The translations under genes were made by a program, and so were the position numbers. Below are positions 29,156 to 38,991 of a stretch of 64,000 nt of DNA, one piece after another (the stretch's first letter is position 1; every line of letters begins with the position of its first letter). The notes below the pieces were generated by a model that saw only the letters and a program-made list of their open reading frames with translations, was not told the origin of the DNA and did not search any database. The DNA is from Candidatus Velthaea sp. (GTDB lineage Bacteria > Vulcanimicrobiota > Vulcanimicrobiia > Vulcanimicrobiales > Vulcanimicrobiaceae): positions 55,231-119,230 of the forward strand of contig CBDCCS010000014.1 in NCBI GenBank assembly GCA_965214935.1. Direction: 5' to 3'.

Positions 29156-29473
29156 ATGTACGCGATCATCGAAACCGGCGGCAAACAGCTGCGCGTCGCC
29201 GAAGGCGACATCATACGAACCGATCTGCTTGAAGCCGAAGTCGGCTCGACCGTCACCTTCGATCGCGTGTTGCTCGGGTCGAACGGCAGCGGAACGCTCG
29301 CGGTCGGCAGCCCGGCCGTTGCCGGTGCGACCGTTTCGGGCAAAGTGTTGCGTCAAGCCAAAGACAAGAAGATTCTGGTCTTCAAATACAAGCCGAAGAA
29401 GCGCGTGCGCAAGCTCGTAGGTCATCGCCAGCACTTTGCGGAGATCCGGATCGAAAAAATCGAGCTGCCGTAG
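29156..29473 (+). CDS. rplU: 50S ribosomal protein L21
   Basis: MYAIIETGGKQ, KILVFKYKPKK...GHRQ. Confidence 0.98.
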   Translation: MYAIIETGGKQLRVAEGDIIRTDLLEAEVGSTVTFDRVLLGSNGSGTLAVGSPAVAGATVSGKVLRQAKDKKILVFKYKPKKRVRKLVGHRQHFAEIRIEKIELP

Positions 29474-29476
29474 CAA

Positions 29477-29845
29477 ATGCTCGGCGTTGTTTTTCGTAGA
29501 GACAGCCGGCAACGGCTGTCTTCTGTTTTTGCGCACGGGCATGCGGAGGCCGGCGTTGCCGGTGACGACATCGTGTGTGCCGCCGCCTCGGCGATTCTGC
29601 AAGCTGCAGAATTGGGCTTAAGCCGCTACGCCGAGCTTCCCGGCTTAACGCTGCGCGCCGATGCCGAGATGCGGCTTGCGCTGCCGGTCGCGGTACGCGA
29701 TCGTGAGGATGTCAAGGCCATCGTCGCGACCGCCGAGCTGGCAATCGAACAGCTCGCCTGGCAGTTCCCCGTCAACGTTCGCATCACGCGCGAGCAAGAA
29801 CCGGATGACTTCGAGCGTGACGTAGAGTTTTTGGGCAGCCGATAG
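29477..29845 (+). CDS. prp: Ribosomal-processing cysteine protease Prp
   Basis: GHA...DIVCAAAS catalytic His/Cys motif; directly after rplU. Confidence 0.88.
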   Translation: MLGVVFRRDSRQRLSSVFAHGHAEAGVAGDDIVCAAASAILQAAELGLSRYAELPGLTLRADAEMRLALPVAVRDREDVKAIVATAELAIEQLAWQFPVNVRITREQEPDDFERDVEFLGSR

Positions 29846-29863
29846 TCGAACGGTGGAGGCACG

Positions 29864-30091
29864 ATGACGGACACCAATACGACGTTGCAACAGCCTAAAA
29901 GCACGAACTCTCTGGCGCAGGGAGATGCCGGACGCACGGTGCTCGTCGGGGTGCTCGGCGGAATTATCTCGGCCGCCGGTTACCTTGTGTATCAACGGCT
30001 GCCGGATGACCAGCGGGACCGTCTTCACCGGCAAGTTCGCGGTTTGCTTGAGTCACGCCTGAACGATATCCGGCAAAACTTCAACATTTAG
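29864..30091 (+). CDS. Small single-pass membrane hypothetical protein
   Basis: GGAGG RBS; TM segment VLVGVLGGIISAAGYLVY. Confidence 0.7.
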   Translation: MTDTNTTLQQPKSTNSLAQGDAGRTVLVGVLGGIISAAGYLVYQRLPDDQRDRLHRQVRGLLESRLNDIRQNFNI

Positions 30092-30120
30092 AGAACTGGC
30101 TCGGCCGGCATTGGGCACCG

Positions 30121-30672
30121 GTGCACGTCGTGCGCTGGTGCCTGACGTTCGTAGTTGCGGCTGTATTTGCGTTCGGCAGCCCGCGCGCCGCGCGTGCCGA
30201 CGCGTTGACGCTCGTCAACCTGTATGCAGCCACCCTCGAGCGCTTCGACACACGGCTTGACGACCGGCACGCGACGCGCTTTGCGTTCCGTACCGTCGCA
30301 GAGTCGTCGGCTTACGGACTCGACGCGCGGCTTGTCGTCGCCCTCGTTGCCGTCGAGTCGAGCTGGAACCCGCGCGCCGTTTCGCCGGCCGGAGCGCATG
30401 GATTCGGTCAGCTCATGCCCGGTACGGCCGCCGGTCTCGGGGTCGATCCCGACGATCCGGACGCGAACCTCGATGGCACGATCCGCCACTTGTGCGGTTT
30501 ACTCGAACACTACGCGCATTTGCCCGCGCAAGCGCGCTTCGAACGTTCGATTGCAGCGTATAACGCCGGGGCCGGCGCCGTCGATCGGTATAACGGCATA
30601 CCGCCGTACGCCGAGACGCAGACATACGTCCGGCGTGTTATCGCTTTATGGCGCCGGCTCGCCGGAGTGTAA
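30121..30672 (+). CDS. Lytic transglycosylase (SLT domain), exported
   Basis: Signal peptide; AVESSWNPRAVS.AGA.GFGQLMP, AAYNAG, PPYAETQTYV. Confidence 0.92.
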   Translation: MHVVRWCLTFVVAAVFAFGSPRAARADALTLVNLYAATLERFDTRLDDRHATRFAFRTVAESSAYGLDARLVVALVAVESSWNPRAVSPAGAHGFGQLMPGTAAGLGVDPDDPDANLDGTIRHLCGLLEHYAHLPAQARFERSIAAYNAGAGAVDRYNGIPPYAETQTYVRRVIALWRRLAGV

Positions 30673-30936
30673 GTGACCGTCGTGCGCGGCAGCGGCAGCG
30701 GCGCCCGGATGCGGTCCGAGCGCTGCTTCTTTCGTAACTAATTCGTGCGGCGCGGGGATCGGTGTTTCGGTGTAGACCGGTGCGGCGACCGATACATCGG
30801 CGAGCGGCGGGTAATGCGGAGCGACGTACGGAGGTGCAACGTATGGAGTCGCCTCGGGCGAAGCGTCGGCGGCACGTTCCATCTCGCGAATGAACGATTG
30901 CGACGTATTCTGAACGTCGCGCACCAGTTGGCCCGC
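30646..30936 (-). pseudogene. C-terminal part of a TatA/TatB-like protein; N-terminal TM helix missing
   Basis: AGQLVRDVQNTSQSFIREMERAAD amphipathic helix plus Pro/Ala-rich tail; begins abruptly after the Rieske CRHR. Confidence 0.6.
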
Positions 30937-31191
30937 GCGATGCCTGCAGGTATTGTGGAAGCCGCGCAGCACTCCGTCCTCTCCCCGCACCAGCAGCACC
31001 GACTGATCGCCGAGCTCGAAGCTGCGATACGCGCGGGCACCGGCGACCTCGGTTCCGCGGCACACGTACACCCAGTTGCGGTTCCAGATCAGCCGCAGCT
31101 CACGGTCGTAGCGCCCTGGATCAAAATACGCCTCGACCGCGAGCCCCGCGGCGTGCGCCGTCAAGCCGTTGTAGCCCTCAGACAAGGTCAT
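30937..31191 (-). pseudogene. N-terminal 85 aa of a Rieske oxygenase alpha subunit, truncated after the first cluster motif
   Basis: Y..EL..IW.RNWVYV, LVRGEDGVLRGFHNTCRHR; second CxYH motif and catalytic domain absent. Confidence 0.85.
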
Positions 31192-31203
31192 GGGTCAGTA
31201 GCC

Positions 31204-33621
31204 TCACGCCCGCATCAGCGCGCCGCTGGGGTCGAACGCGGCGTCCGTCAACGGCGTCGCCCGGTGTCGCTCGCCGATGATTTCGATTTCGAATCCGGAC
31301 CCTCCGGCCGCGGCCGCAACGGCCGCAGGCACGTATCCCAGGGCCAGCGAGGCGCCCACGCGGTGTCCGAAGGCGCCGGAGGTCACCCAACCGACCACCC
31401 TGCCGTCGTGCCAGATCGGCTCGTCGCCCAACGCGTCGGCATCGGTGGTCTCGATGCGGAAACCCAGCAATTGCAGCGCACCGCCGCTCTCCTTCTCCTC
31501 CGCTGCGGCCGCGCGGCCGATGAACGACTCCTTCTTCAGGTCGACGAAGCGGCCCAGTCCGGCTTCGTAGGGTCCGTAGATCGGCCGGTATTCCCGCGCC
31601 CACGTGCCGAAACCTTTCTCGAGGCGCATGGCGTTCAAGGCACGCCCGCCGAACGGGCGCAGCCCGAACTCGCGTCCCGCCTTCACCAGCGAGTCGTACA
31701 GCGCGCGCTGGTAATCCGTGGTCACCCACATCTCGTAGCCCAGGCCGCCGGTGAACGACACGCGTCCCACGTAGGCCGGAACCATCCCGACGTTCATGCG
31801 CCGAAACGACAGGAAGGGAAACGCGGCGCTGGAGAGATCTTCGCGCACCAGGGTTTGCAGCAGGGCGCGCGACTGTGGTCCGGCCACCGACAGGCCGACG
31901 TATTCCATCGCGCACGGCCGCACCGTCACGCCGCCCGGCGGCAGATGCCGCTCGAACCACCGCAGGTAGTAGGTTTCCGCGGCATAGGTGCCGATGAGGA
32001 ACACATGATCGTCCGCGACGCGGCACATGGTGAAATCGCCGATCAGCTTGCCACGGTCGTTCAGCATCGGACTCAGCGCGATCCGGCCGACCTTCGGTAC
32101 GCGGTTGGCCATGATCGTCGACAGCCATTCGGCCGTCCCCGGACCCCTGATCTCGAACTTGCCGTAGTTCGAGATCTCCAGCAGACCGACGGTGTCGCGC
32201 ACGGCGGCGCACTCCGCACCGACATGGGGGTGCGCATTCGACCGGCGGAAACTCACGTGGTCCACCGCCTCCGGCCCCGAGGGTGCGAACCACAACGGGT
32301 GCTCGAGGCCGCAATACGCGCCGAACACCGCATGTTCCGCGGCGAGTTTGTCGTAGATCGGCGTGGTGCGAAACGGCCGCGCCGCTGTCAGTTCCTCGTT
32401 GGGGAATTGAATGCTGAAGCGCCGCGAGTAGTTCTCGCGCACCTTCGCGTTGGTGTACGCCAACGTCGCCCAGTCGCCGTAACGCGCGACGTCCATGCCC
32501 CAGACGTCGGCGCCCGGGTCGCCGTCCACCATCCAGTGCGACAGGGCGAGGCCGACACCGCCGCCCTGGCTGAATCCCGCCATCACGCCGCACGCGACCC
32601 AGAAATTATGCAGGCCCTTGACGGGACCGATCAGCGGGTTGCCGTCGGGTGCGAAGGTGAACGGACCGTTCACCACTTTCTTGATGCCGGCCGCCTCCAG
32701 CGACGGAAAATGCTGGAAGCCGACCTCGAGGCTCGGCGCAATCCGCTCCAGGTCGTTCGCCAGCAGGTCCTGGCCGAAGTCCCACGGCGTCGTCACTTCC
32801 GACCAGGGCACGCCGGCGCGCTCGTAGGTGCCCATCAGCATGCCGCCGCGTTCCTGACGGATGTAGATCTCACCTTCGAAATCGATGGCGTGCAGCTGCT
32901 CCTTTTTGCCGGCCAGTTCCGGCATGTCGCCGGTGATGAGGTACTGATGCTCCATGGCGAGAATGGGCAGCTCCAGGCCGACCATGCGTCCGACCTCGCG
33001 GGCCCACAACCCGGCGGCGTTGACCACGTGTTCGGCATGGACGTTGCCGCCGTCGGTGATGACAGTCCACGTGCCGTCGGAGCGCTGGGCGAGGTCGGTG
33101 ACCCGGGTATGCCGCACGATCTCCGCCCCGCCGATCTGTGCGGATTTCGCATAGGCGTGGGTGACGCCGTAGGGGTCGACGTGTCCCTCGATCGGGTCGT
33201 ACATCGCCCCCTTGAAATGCTTCTTGTCCATGAGCGGAAACAGCTTCGCGGCCTCGTCGACGGAGATGATCTCCAGATCCATGCCGAGGTAGCGCCCGCG
33301 CGCCTTGGCCATCTTCAGCCAGTCGAGACGCTCCTGCGTGCCCGCCAGCATGATGCCACCGGTTATGTGCACCCCGCAGGATTGTCCCGATATCCGCTCG
33401 ATCTCCTGGTACAAGCCAATCGTGTATTGCTGGAGCTTGGCGACGTTCGGATCGCCGTTGACGGTGTGCATGCCGCCGGCGGCATGCCAGGTCGAACCCG
33501 ACGTCAGTTCGGCGCGCTCGATCAACAGCACGTCCTTCCAGCCGGCCTTGGTCAGGTGGTACAACACGCTGGCGCCGACCACGCCACCACCGATCACCAC
33601 CACCTTCGCGTGGCTCTTCAT
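31204..33621 (-). CDS. FAD-dependent oxidoreductase with GcvT domain (dimethylglycine dehydrogenase family)
   Basis: VIGGGVVG, ELTSGSTWHAAG, NGPFTFAPDGNP, C-terminal GcvT-like domain (RVSFTG.LGYE, MRLEKG). Confidence 0.92.
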   Translation of the reverse strand: MKSHAKVVVIGGGVVGASVLYHLTKAGWKDVLLIERAELTSGSTWHAAGGMHTVNGDPNVAKLQQYTIGLYQEIERISGQSCGVHITGGIMLAGTQERLDWLKMAKARGRYLGMDLEIISVDEAAKLFPLMDKKHFKGAMYDPIEGHVDPYGVTHAYAKSAQIGGAEIVRHTRVTDLAQRSDGTWTVITDGGNVHAEHVVNAAGLWAREVGRMVGLELPILAMEHQYLITGDMPELAGKKEQLHAIDFEGEIYIRQERGGMLMGTYERAGVPWSEVTTPWDFGQDLLANDLERIAPSLEVGFQHFPSLEAAGIKKVVNGPFTFAPDGNPLIGPVKGLHNFWVACGVMAGFSQGGGVGLALSHWMVDGDPGADVWGMDVARYGDWATLAYTNAKVRENYSRRFSIQFPNEELTAARPFRTTPIYDKLAAEHAVFGAYCGLEHPLWFAPSGPEAVDHVSFRRSNAHPHVGAECAAVRDTVGLLEISNYGKFEIRGPGTAEWLSTIMANRVPKVGRIALSPMLNDRGKLIGDFTMCRVADDHVFLIGTYAAETYYLRWFERHLPPGGVTVRPCAMEYVGLSVAGPQSRALLQTLVREDLSSAAFPFLSFRRMNVGMVPAYVGRVSFTGGLGYEMWVTTDYQRALYDSLVKAGREFGLRPFGGRALNAMRLEKGFGTWAREYRPIYGPYEAGLGRFVDLKKESFIGRAAAAEEKESGGALQLLGFRIETTDADALGDEPIWHDGRVVGWVTSGAFGHRVGASLALGYVPAAVAAAAGGSGFEIEIIGERHRATPLTDAAFDPSGALMRA

Positions 33622-33666
33622 AACATCTCCAGATGCAGCAGTGAAAAATTCTTCCCGGGCCCTGCG

Positions 33667-34632
33667 TCACTCATTGGACACCGCCAGATGCATTCCCGGC
33701 AGGGACCGGCCCAGTCCGGTGCCGAAGCGTTCGATCAACCAGGAGCGAAACAGCGCGATCGCGGTGTCGCTCAGGGCATCGGGATGGGTGATGAGGTAAT
33801 AGCCGTAACCGTCGTCCAGGCTGTCCTCGAACGGCCGTACCAGCCGGCCGGTGCGGATGTAGTCCTCGAACAGGTAATTGTCCACGAGCGCGATGCCTTC
33901 GCCGCTCAGCGCGTACTGGACCGCCAGGACCGCCGTGTCGAACACCAGCCCGCGTTCGACGTTCACGTCCGTCACGTTGGCATGGCGCACGAACTGCGAC
34001 CACAGGTGATGCCGTGGCAGATCGGCGATCCGGACGTGCACCAGTTCGTTGCCGGCAATGAATGCCGCGAGATCCTGGCCCTCGCAGCGGGCCGCGACGC
34101 TTGGGTGACACAGCATGCTCAATGTGACCGGCCACAACAAGTCGGTGACCAGGTCCGTCACCGTCGGTTTCGAATACACCACGGCGACGTCGACGTCGCC
34201 GGGCGGCGGTCCGACTCCGTAGGGACTCACCAGATCGATCTCGACCTCGGCGGCAGCCCGGCGGAAGTCACGCAGGATCGGCACCGCCAGATGCACCGCG
34301 AAACTCGGCGGCATCTGCACCCGCAGGGTGCGCACGCTGGTCGCGCCGTCGTTGCGGATGTCGTCCAGCGCATATTCCAGGCGGTCGAAGGATTTGATGA
34401 CCGCCGGCAGCAGCAGCTGGCCTGCCTTTGTCAACACCAGGGCGTGGGGCCGGCGTTCGAATAATTGCGCACCGATGAGCTTTTCGAGCGCGATGACGTG
34501 TCGCGACAGCGCACTCTGGGAGATCAACAGCGCGTTGGCGGCGGCGGTGAAACTCAGGTGCTTGGCGACCCCCTCGAAGGCGCGCAGCGCGTTCAGGGGC
34601 AGCCAGCGGCGGTCGATGCTCGTCTTTCCCAT
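33667..34632 (-). CDS. LysR family regulator (GcvA/AmpR-like)
   Basis: LPLNALRAFE...LSFTAAA..L.ISQSALSRH...LE...G..LFERR; ATG 34632. Confidence 0.93.
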   Translation of the reverse strand: MGKTSIDRRWLPLNALRAFEGVAKHLSFTAAANALLISQSALSRHVIALEKLIGAQLFERRPHALVLTKAGQLLLPAVIKSFDRLEYALDDIRNDGATSVRTLRVQMPPSFAVHLAVPILRDFRRAAAEVEIDLVSPYGVGPPPGDVDVAVVYSKPTVTDLVTDLLWPVTLSMLCHPSVAARCEGQDLAAFIAGNELVHVRIADLPRHHLWSQFVRHANVTDVNVERGLVFDTAVLAVQYALSGEGIALVDNYLFEDYIRTGRLVRPFEDSLDDGYGYYLITHPDALSDTAIALFRSWLIERFGTGLGRSLPGMHLAVSNE

Positions 34633-34640
34633 GCGAACCG

Positions 34641-35960
34641 TTACGGCGACCAGCTTTTGGTATAACCGATCGCGCGCTTCTGATCGGCGATGATGGTCCT
34701 CGATGCCATGTACAGATGATACGCCGCCCAGAAGCCCGTGGGCGCCAGCACCAGCAGCGCCGCGCGCAGCGATTCGGCGTCGGTGGCATGGCCATGCGCA
34801 AACCAGTCGCTCAAGAATCCCACCATCCACGGCGCCACGATCAGATTCAGGATGTTGGCCACCAGCAGCGAAATGGCGATGAACATGTTGCGCATGTGGC
34901 ACGGCGCCAGATTGTTGAGCAGGCCGAAACACGGCCCGATGTAGAAGTAGATCGCCGGTATGAAAATGCAGAACATGGCCTTCGCCATCCACAGGGAATG
35001 GGTCCAGTAGGCCAGCATGGAGGGGATGGTCGTCAACGCGACGCCGGCGCACATCAGCCAGACGACCCGCCGCGGATCGGCCATGGCCGGACGCGACAGC
35101 AGCCACGCCGTGCCCACCGTCGCCAGCGAGCCGCCGACGAGATGAATGTTGCCGGTGACTTCGCCCGCCTGGCCGACGTTCAGGTCGTAGGCGCGCTGCA
35201 GGAACGTCGGCGTCCAATAGATGAGGCCCCAGCCCCAGAGCGCGCACACGCCGCCGCCCATGACGACGTGGAACGCCGCTCGCTGCCGCCAGAGGAACCG
35301 CAGCGATTCGGCCAGCGAGGGCTTGATGTCGTCGACGATGGCGTCGAGGCGGCCGCGCGGCGGCTCGCGCACCGTCAGGAACACCAGGATGCCCACCAGC
35401 AGCCCAGGCACACCGAGCGCAAGGAATGCCGCGCGCCAGTGATAGGCATGCGCGACGGCCCCGGCCATGTCGGCGCCGATCCAGGCGCCCAAGGGAGCGC
35501 CCAACGCCAGCACCGTCATCGCCATGGGACGCCGGTCCGCCGGAAAGCAATCCGACACGATGGCGGTGGACGGCGGCGTGCCGCCGGCTTCGCCCACACC
35601 GACGCCGATGCGTCCGAGCAGGAACTGCAGGTAGTTGCCGGACAGGCCGCAGAGTGCCGTGAAGCCGGACCAGATGATGAGGGAGGCGGCGAGAATGTTG
35701 CGGCGGTTGGAGCGGTCGGCCAGCCAGGAGATCGGAATGCCGAAGGCGACGTAGAAAATCGCGAGCGGTATGCCGGTGAGGAATGCCACGCCGGCGTCAT
35801 TGAGCTTAAGCTCCATCCTGATCGGCTCCAGAACCGTGGAGACGACGTACCGGTCGGCGATGTTGATCGCATAGATCAGGCACATCAAAATGAGGACGTA
35901 CCATCGCTCCACCGACGAGGGAGCCTGGGAACGCGGCATGTCGATCGCGGTGGTGCTCAA
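34641..35960 (-). CDS. MFS transporter (spinster-like)
   Basis: Multiple TM helices, WLADRSNRRN motif A, RIGVGVGEAG; AGGAGG RBS before TTG 35960. Confidence 0.92.
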   Translation of the reverse strand: MSTTAIDMPRSQAPSSVERWYVLILMCLIYAINIADRYVVSTVLEPIRMELKLNDAGVAFLTGIPLAIFYVAFGIPISWLADRSNRRNILAASLIIWSGFTALCGLSGNYLQFLLGRIGVGVGEAGGTPPSTAIVSDCFPADRRPMAMTVLALGAPLGAWIGADMAGAVAHAYHWRAAFLALGVPGLLVGILVFLTVREPPRGRLDAIVDDIKPSLAESLRFLWRQRAAFHVVMGGGVCALWGWGLIYWTPTFLQRAYDLNVGQAGEVTGNIHLVGGSLATVGTAWLLSRPAMADPRRVVWLMCAGVALTTIPSMLAYWTHSLWMAKAMFCIFIPAIYFYIGPCFGLLNNLAPCHMRNMFIAISLLVANILNLIVAPWMVGFLSDWFAHGHATDAESLRAALLVLAPTGFWAAYHLYMASRTIIADQKRAIGYTKSWSP

Positions 35961-36043
35961 ACGCTGCAACCTCCTGGGTGTTTCCTCAGCCACCATACAG
36001 GGTTCGCGCCGGTTGCGCGACGGACTATGGGCGCCCTGCGAAT

Positions 36044-36078
36044 TCGAAAAATGACATGGGCGGATCGCGAAATGGCAT
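36044..36078. promoter_or_regulatory. Imperfect direct repeat with 21-bp period in the MFS/GMC divergent region
   Basis: TCGAAAAATGACAT (36044-57) and TCGCGAAATGGCAT (36065-78). Confidence 0.5.
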
Positions 36079-36111
36079 AGCGGCACGGGGCGATCAGGCT
36101 AAGCTCGCAGC

Positions 36112-37722
36112 GTGGATCACTTCGACTATGTCATCGTCGGTGCCGGCACGGCGGGCTGCGTCCTCGCCGAACGCCTGTCGGCCGACGGACGGCACAGCGT
36201 GCTGATACTCGAGGCCGGCGGCAGCGACTCGCGCTTCTGGATCAGGACGCCGATCGGCTATGGACGGACCTTCGCCGATCCGGCCGTGAATTGGAAGTAT
36301 CAGACGGAGCCGAATCCGGGGCTGAACGGCCGCACCATGTACTGGCCGCGCGGCCGCGTCGTCGGCGGGTCGAGTTCGATCAACGCGCTGGTCTACTGCC
36401 GCGGGATGCCGCAGGATTTCGACGACTGGCGGCGCATGGGCAATGCGGGTTGGGGTTGGGACGACGTCAGGCCGTATTTCGAAAAATCCGAACGTCGCGT
36501 CGATTCCGCCGGCCATGCGAGCACCGACGGCGCGCTGGACGTCAAGGATGTGTCGCCGTACCTGCATCCGATGCTCGCGAACTGGGTCGGCGCGGCGTCC
36601 GAACTCGGGATTCCCGTGACTCAGGATTTCAACGGCCCGGATCCCGAGGGATTCGGCTGCTACCAGGTCACCATCCGCGACGGCCGGCGTCGCTCTGCGG
36701 CCGATGCCTTCCTGCGCCCGGCGCTGCGCCGCACGGACCGCGTCAAACTGGAGACCGGCGCCTGGGTCAGCAGGGTTCGCGTGCGTGACGGCCGCGCGAC
36801 CGGCGTCGAGTGGTTCCGGGATGGCCGGGCGCGATTCGCGGCGGCGGATCGCGCGGTGATCCTGAGCGCCGGGGCCGTCAATTCCCCCCAGCTGCTGCAA
36901 TTGTCCGGCATCGGACCGGGTGCGACCCTGGCGGCGCACGGCATCACGTCCGTGGTCGACAATCCCGCGGTCGGCGGTCACCTGCAGGACCACCTGGCCG
37001 TGGTCTATTCCTTCAAGGCGACCCAGCCGACGCTCAATAACGAACTGCATTCGCTCCGCGGCCAGCTGCGCGCCGGGCTGCGCTACCTGCTGACGCGCCG
37101 CGGCCCGCTGTCCCTCAGCGTCAATCAGTTCGGCGGCTTCACCCGCGCGAATCCGGCCGCGAACCGGCCGGACGTGCAGCTGTATTTCAATCCGGTGACC
37201 TACGGCACCGGCGATGCGACCCGCACACGCATCCAGGTCGACGGTTTCGCCGGATTTTATCTGTGCTTCCAGCCGACCCGGCCGACCAGCGTGGGACGCA
37301 TCGACATCGCCGGCGGCAATTTTCGCGAGCCGCCGCGGATCGCCCCGAACTATCTGGCGAGCGAGTCCGACGTCGATGACGTGGTGCATGGCGGCCGGCT
37401 GCTGCAGCGCATCGCCCGCACCCGTGCCATCCGGCAATTGACGCTCGAACCGCTCGTCCCGGACCTGCTGCGCATGGGGGATGCAGACCTGGTCGCCGAC
37501 TTCCGCGCACGCGCCGCGACCGTCTATCATCCCGTCGGTACCTGCCGCATGGGCACCGAGCCGCGCGACTCGGTCGTCGATGCGCGGCTGCGGGTGCATG
37601 GCGTCGGCGGATTGCGGGTGGTGGATGCCTCGGTCTTCCCGACGGTGACCTCGGCGAATACCAATGCGCCCACCTTGATGGTCGCGCAGAAGGCGGCCGA
37701 CCTGATCCTGGCCGACGGTTGA
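36112..37722 (+). CDS. GMC oxidoreductase (choline dehydrogenase-like)
   Basis: DYVIVGAGTAG, PRGRVVGGSSSIN, LQDHL, YHPVGTCRMG, NTNAP. Confidence 0.92.
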   Translation: MDHFDYVIVGAGTAGCVLAERLSADGRHSVLILEAGGSDSRFWIRTPIGYGRTFADPAVNWKYQTEPNPGLNGRTMYWPRGRVVGGSSSINALVYCRGMPQDFDDWRRMGNAGWGWDDVRPYFEKSERRVDSAGHASTDGALDVKDVSPYLHPMLANWVGAASELGIPVTQDFNGPDPEGFGCYQVTIRDGRRRSAADAFLRPALRRTDRVKLETGAWVSRVRVRDGRATGVEWFRDGRARFAAADRAVILSAGAVNSPQLLQLSGIGPGATLAAHGITSVVDNPAVGGHLQDHLAVVYSFKATQPTLNNELHSLRGQLRAGLRYLLTRRGPLSLSVNQFGGFTRANPAANRPDVQLYFNPVTYGTGDATRTRIQVDGFAGFYLCFQPTRPTSVGRIDIAGGNFREPPRIAPNYLASESDVDDVVHGGRLLQRIARTRAIRQLTLEPLVPDLLRMGDADLVADFRARAATVYHPVGTCRMGTEPRDSVVDARLRVHGVGGLRVVDASVFPTVTSANTNAPTLMVAQKAADLILADG

Positions 37723-37790
37723 GCAGTCGCGCAGGAGCAACCAGAGATGCCGCATACAACACAGGTGCCAGCCACAACGCCAGGGATGTC

Positions 37791-38981
37791 ATGAAACTCG
37801 ACAGTGTCAAAGTATTCGTCGTGGGGAATCCTCCGCCGGGTTTCGGCGGCAGGTACTTCGTGTTCCTGAAGCTGAAGACCGCCTGCGGCATCGAGGGACT
37901 CGGCGAGGTCTATGCCGCCACCTTCGGTCCGCACGTCGTCGCCTCGATGATCGAGGATCTGTTCCAGCGCCGCTTTGCCGGTCGCGATCCCTTCCAGATC
38001 GAGTCGATCTGGCGCGAAAGCTACGGCTCCGGCTTCAGCCTGCGTCCGGATCTGTCGCTCATGGGCGTGGTGAGCGGCCTGGAAATGGCCTGCTGGGACA
38101 TCATCGGCAAGGCCGTGGGGCAGCCCGTCTACAATCTGCTCGGCGGCAGGGTGCACGAGCGCTTGCGCAGCTATACGTATCTCTATCCGGGCGACGGCGA
38201 GGGGGACGAGTTTTATCACGATGCCGAACGCTCGGCCGAGCGCGCCGCCGAATACGTCAAACAGGGATTTACCGGCCTGAAATTCGATCCCACCGGCGGC
38301 TTCTCCGCCTACGATCCGCGGCAGCCGACCCGGGAGGCCCTGGAGCGCACCGTCCGGCTGGTGCGACTGGTGCGCGACGCGGTGGGTGACCAGGCCGACC
38401 TTCTGCTCGGTACGCACGGGCAATTCACCACCTCGGGAGCGATCCGTCTCGCGCGGCAGCTCGAAGCCTACGACCCCCTCTGGTTCGAGGAGCCCGTACC
38501 TCCGGAAATGCCCGAACAGATGGCGCTGGTTGCCCGCGCAACCACGATTCCGATCGCAACGGGCGAACGCCTGACGACGAAATACGAATTCGCGCGCGTG
38601 CTGGCGGCGGGTGCCGCCAACATCCTGCAGCTGAACCTGGGACGCGTCGGCGGCCTGCTCGAGGCCAAGAAGGTCGCGGCCTTGGCGGAGGTGCACTACG
38701 CCCAGATCGCACCGCACCTGTACTGCGGACCGGTGGTCGGTGCCGCGAACATCCAGATCGCGGCCTGCTCGCCGAACTTCCTCATCCTGGAAAGCATCCA
38801 GCAATGGGGCGGCTTCCATGCCGCGATCCTGAAAACCCCCATTCGTTGGGAGAACGGCTTCGTGATTCCGCCAACGGCGCCCGGTCTCGGCGTGGAACTC
38901 GACGAAGCCGTGGCCCTCGCCCACCCGTATGCGGCCGACGGTCACTTACACCTTGAAATGATCGATCGGCCGCTCGGCTGA
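37791..38981 (+). CDS. Mandelate racemase/muconate lactonizing enzyme family protein
   Basis: MACWDIIGK..GQPVYNLLGG, LKFDP, WFEEP, ATGE, APHLYCG. Confidence 0.9.
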   Translation: MKLDSVKVFVVGNPPPGFGGRYFVFLKLKTACGIEGLGEVYAATFGPHVVASMIEDLFQRRFAGRDPFQIESIWRESYGSGFSLRPDLSLMGVVSGLEMACWDIIGKAVGQPVYNLLGGRVHERLRSYTYLYPGDGEGDEFYHDAERSAERAAEYVKQGFTGLKFDPTGGFSAYDPRQPTREALERTVRLVRLVRDAVGDQADLLLGTHGQFTTSGAIRLARQLEAYDPLWFEEPVPPEMPEQMALVARATTIPIATGERLTTKYEFARVLAAGAANILQLNLGRVGGLLEAKKVAALAEVHYAQIAPHLYCGPVVGAANIQIAACSPNFLILESIQQWGGFHAAILKTPIRWENGFVIPPTAPGLGVELDEAVALAHPYAADGHLHLEMIDRPLG

Positions 38982-38991
38982 GGGGACAGGC

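Noticed and set aside
30646..31191. Novel Rieske-TatB fusion protein
   Set aside because: Both halves lack essential parts (second Rieske motif, TM anchor); better explained as a junction that is in frame by chance.
30745..34464. 1239-aa plus-strand ORF
   Set aside because: Antisense shadow of the dehydrogenase and LysR genes in high-GC DNA; no motifs.
33667..35550. 627-aa LysR with long N-terminal extension
   Set aside because: The extension overlaps the MFS gene out of frame; the HTH begins right after ATG 34632.
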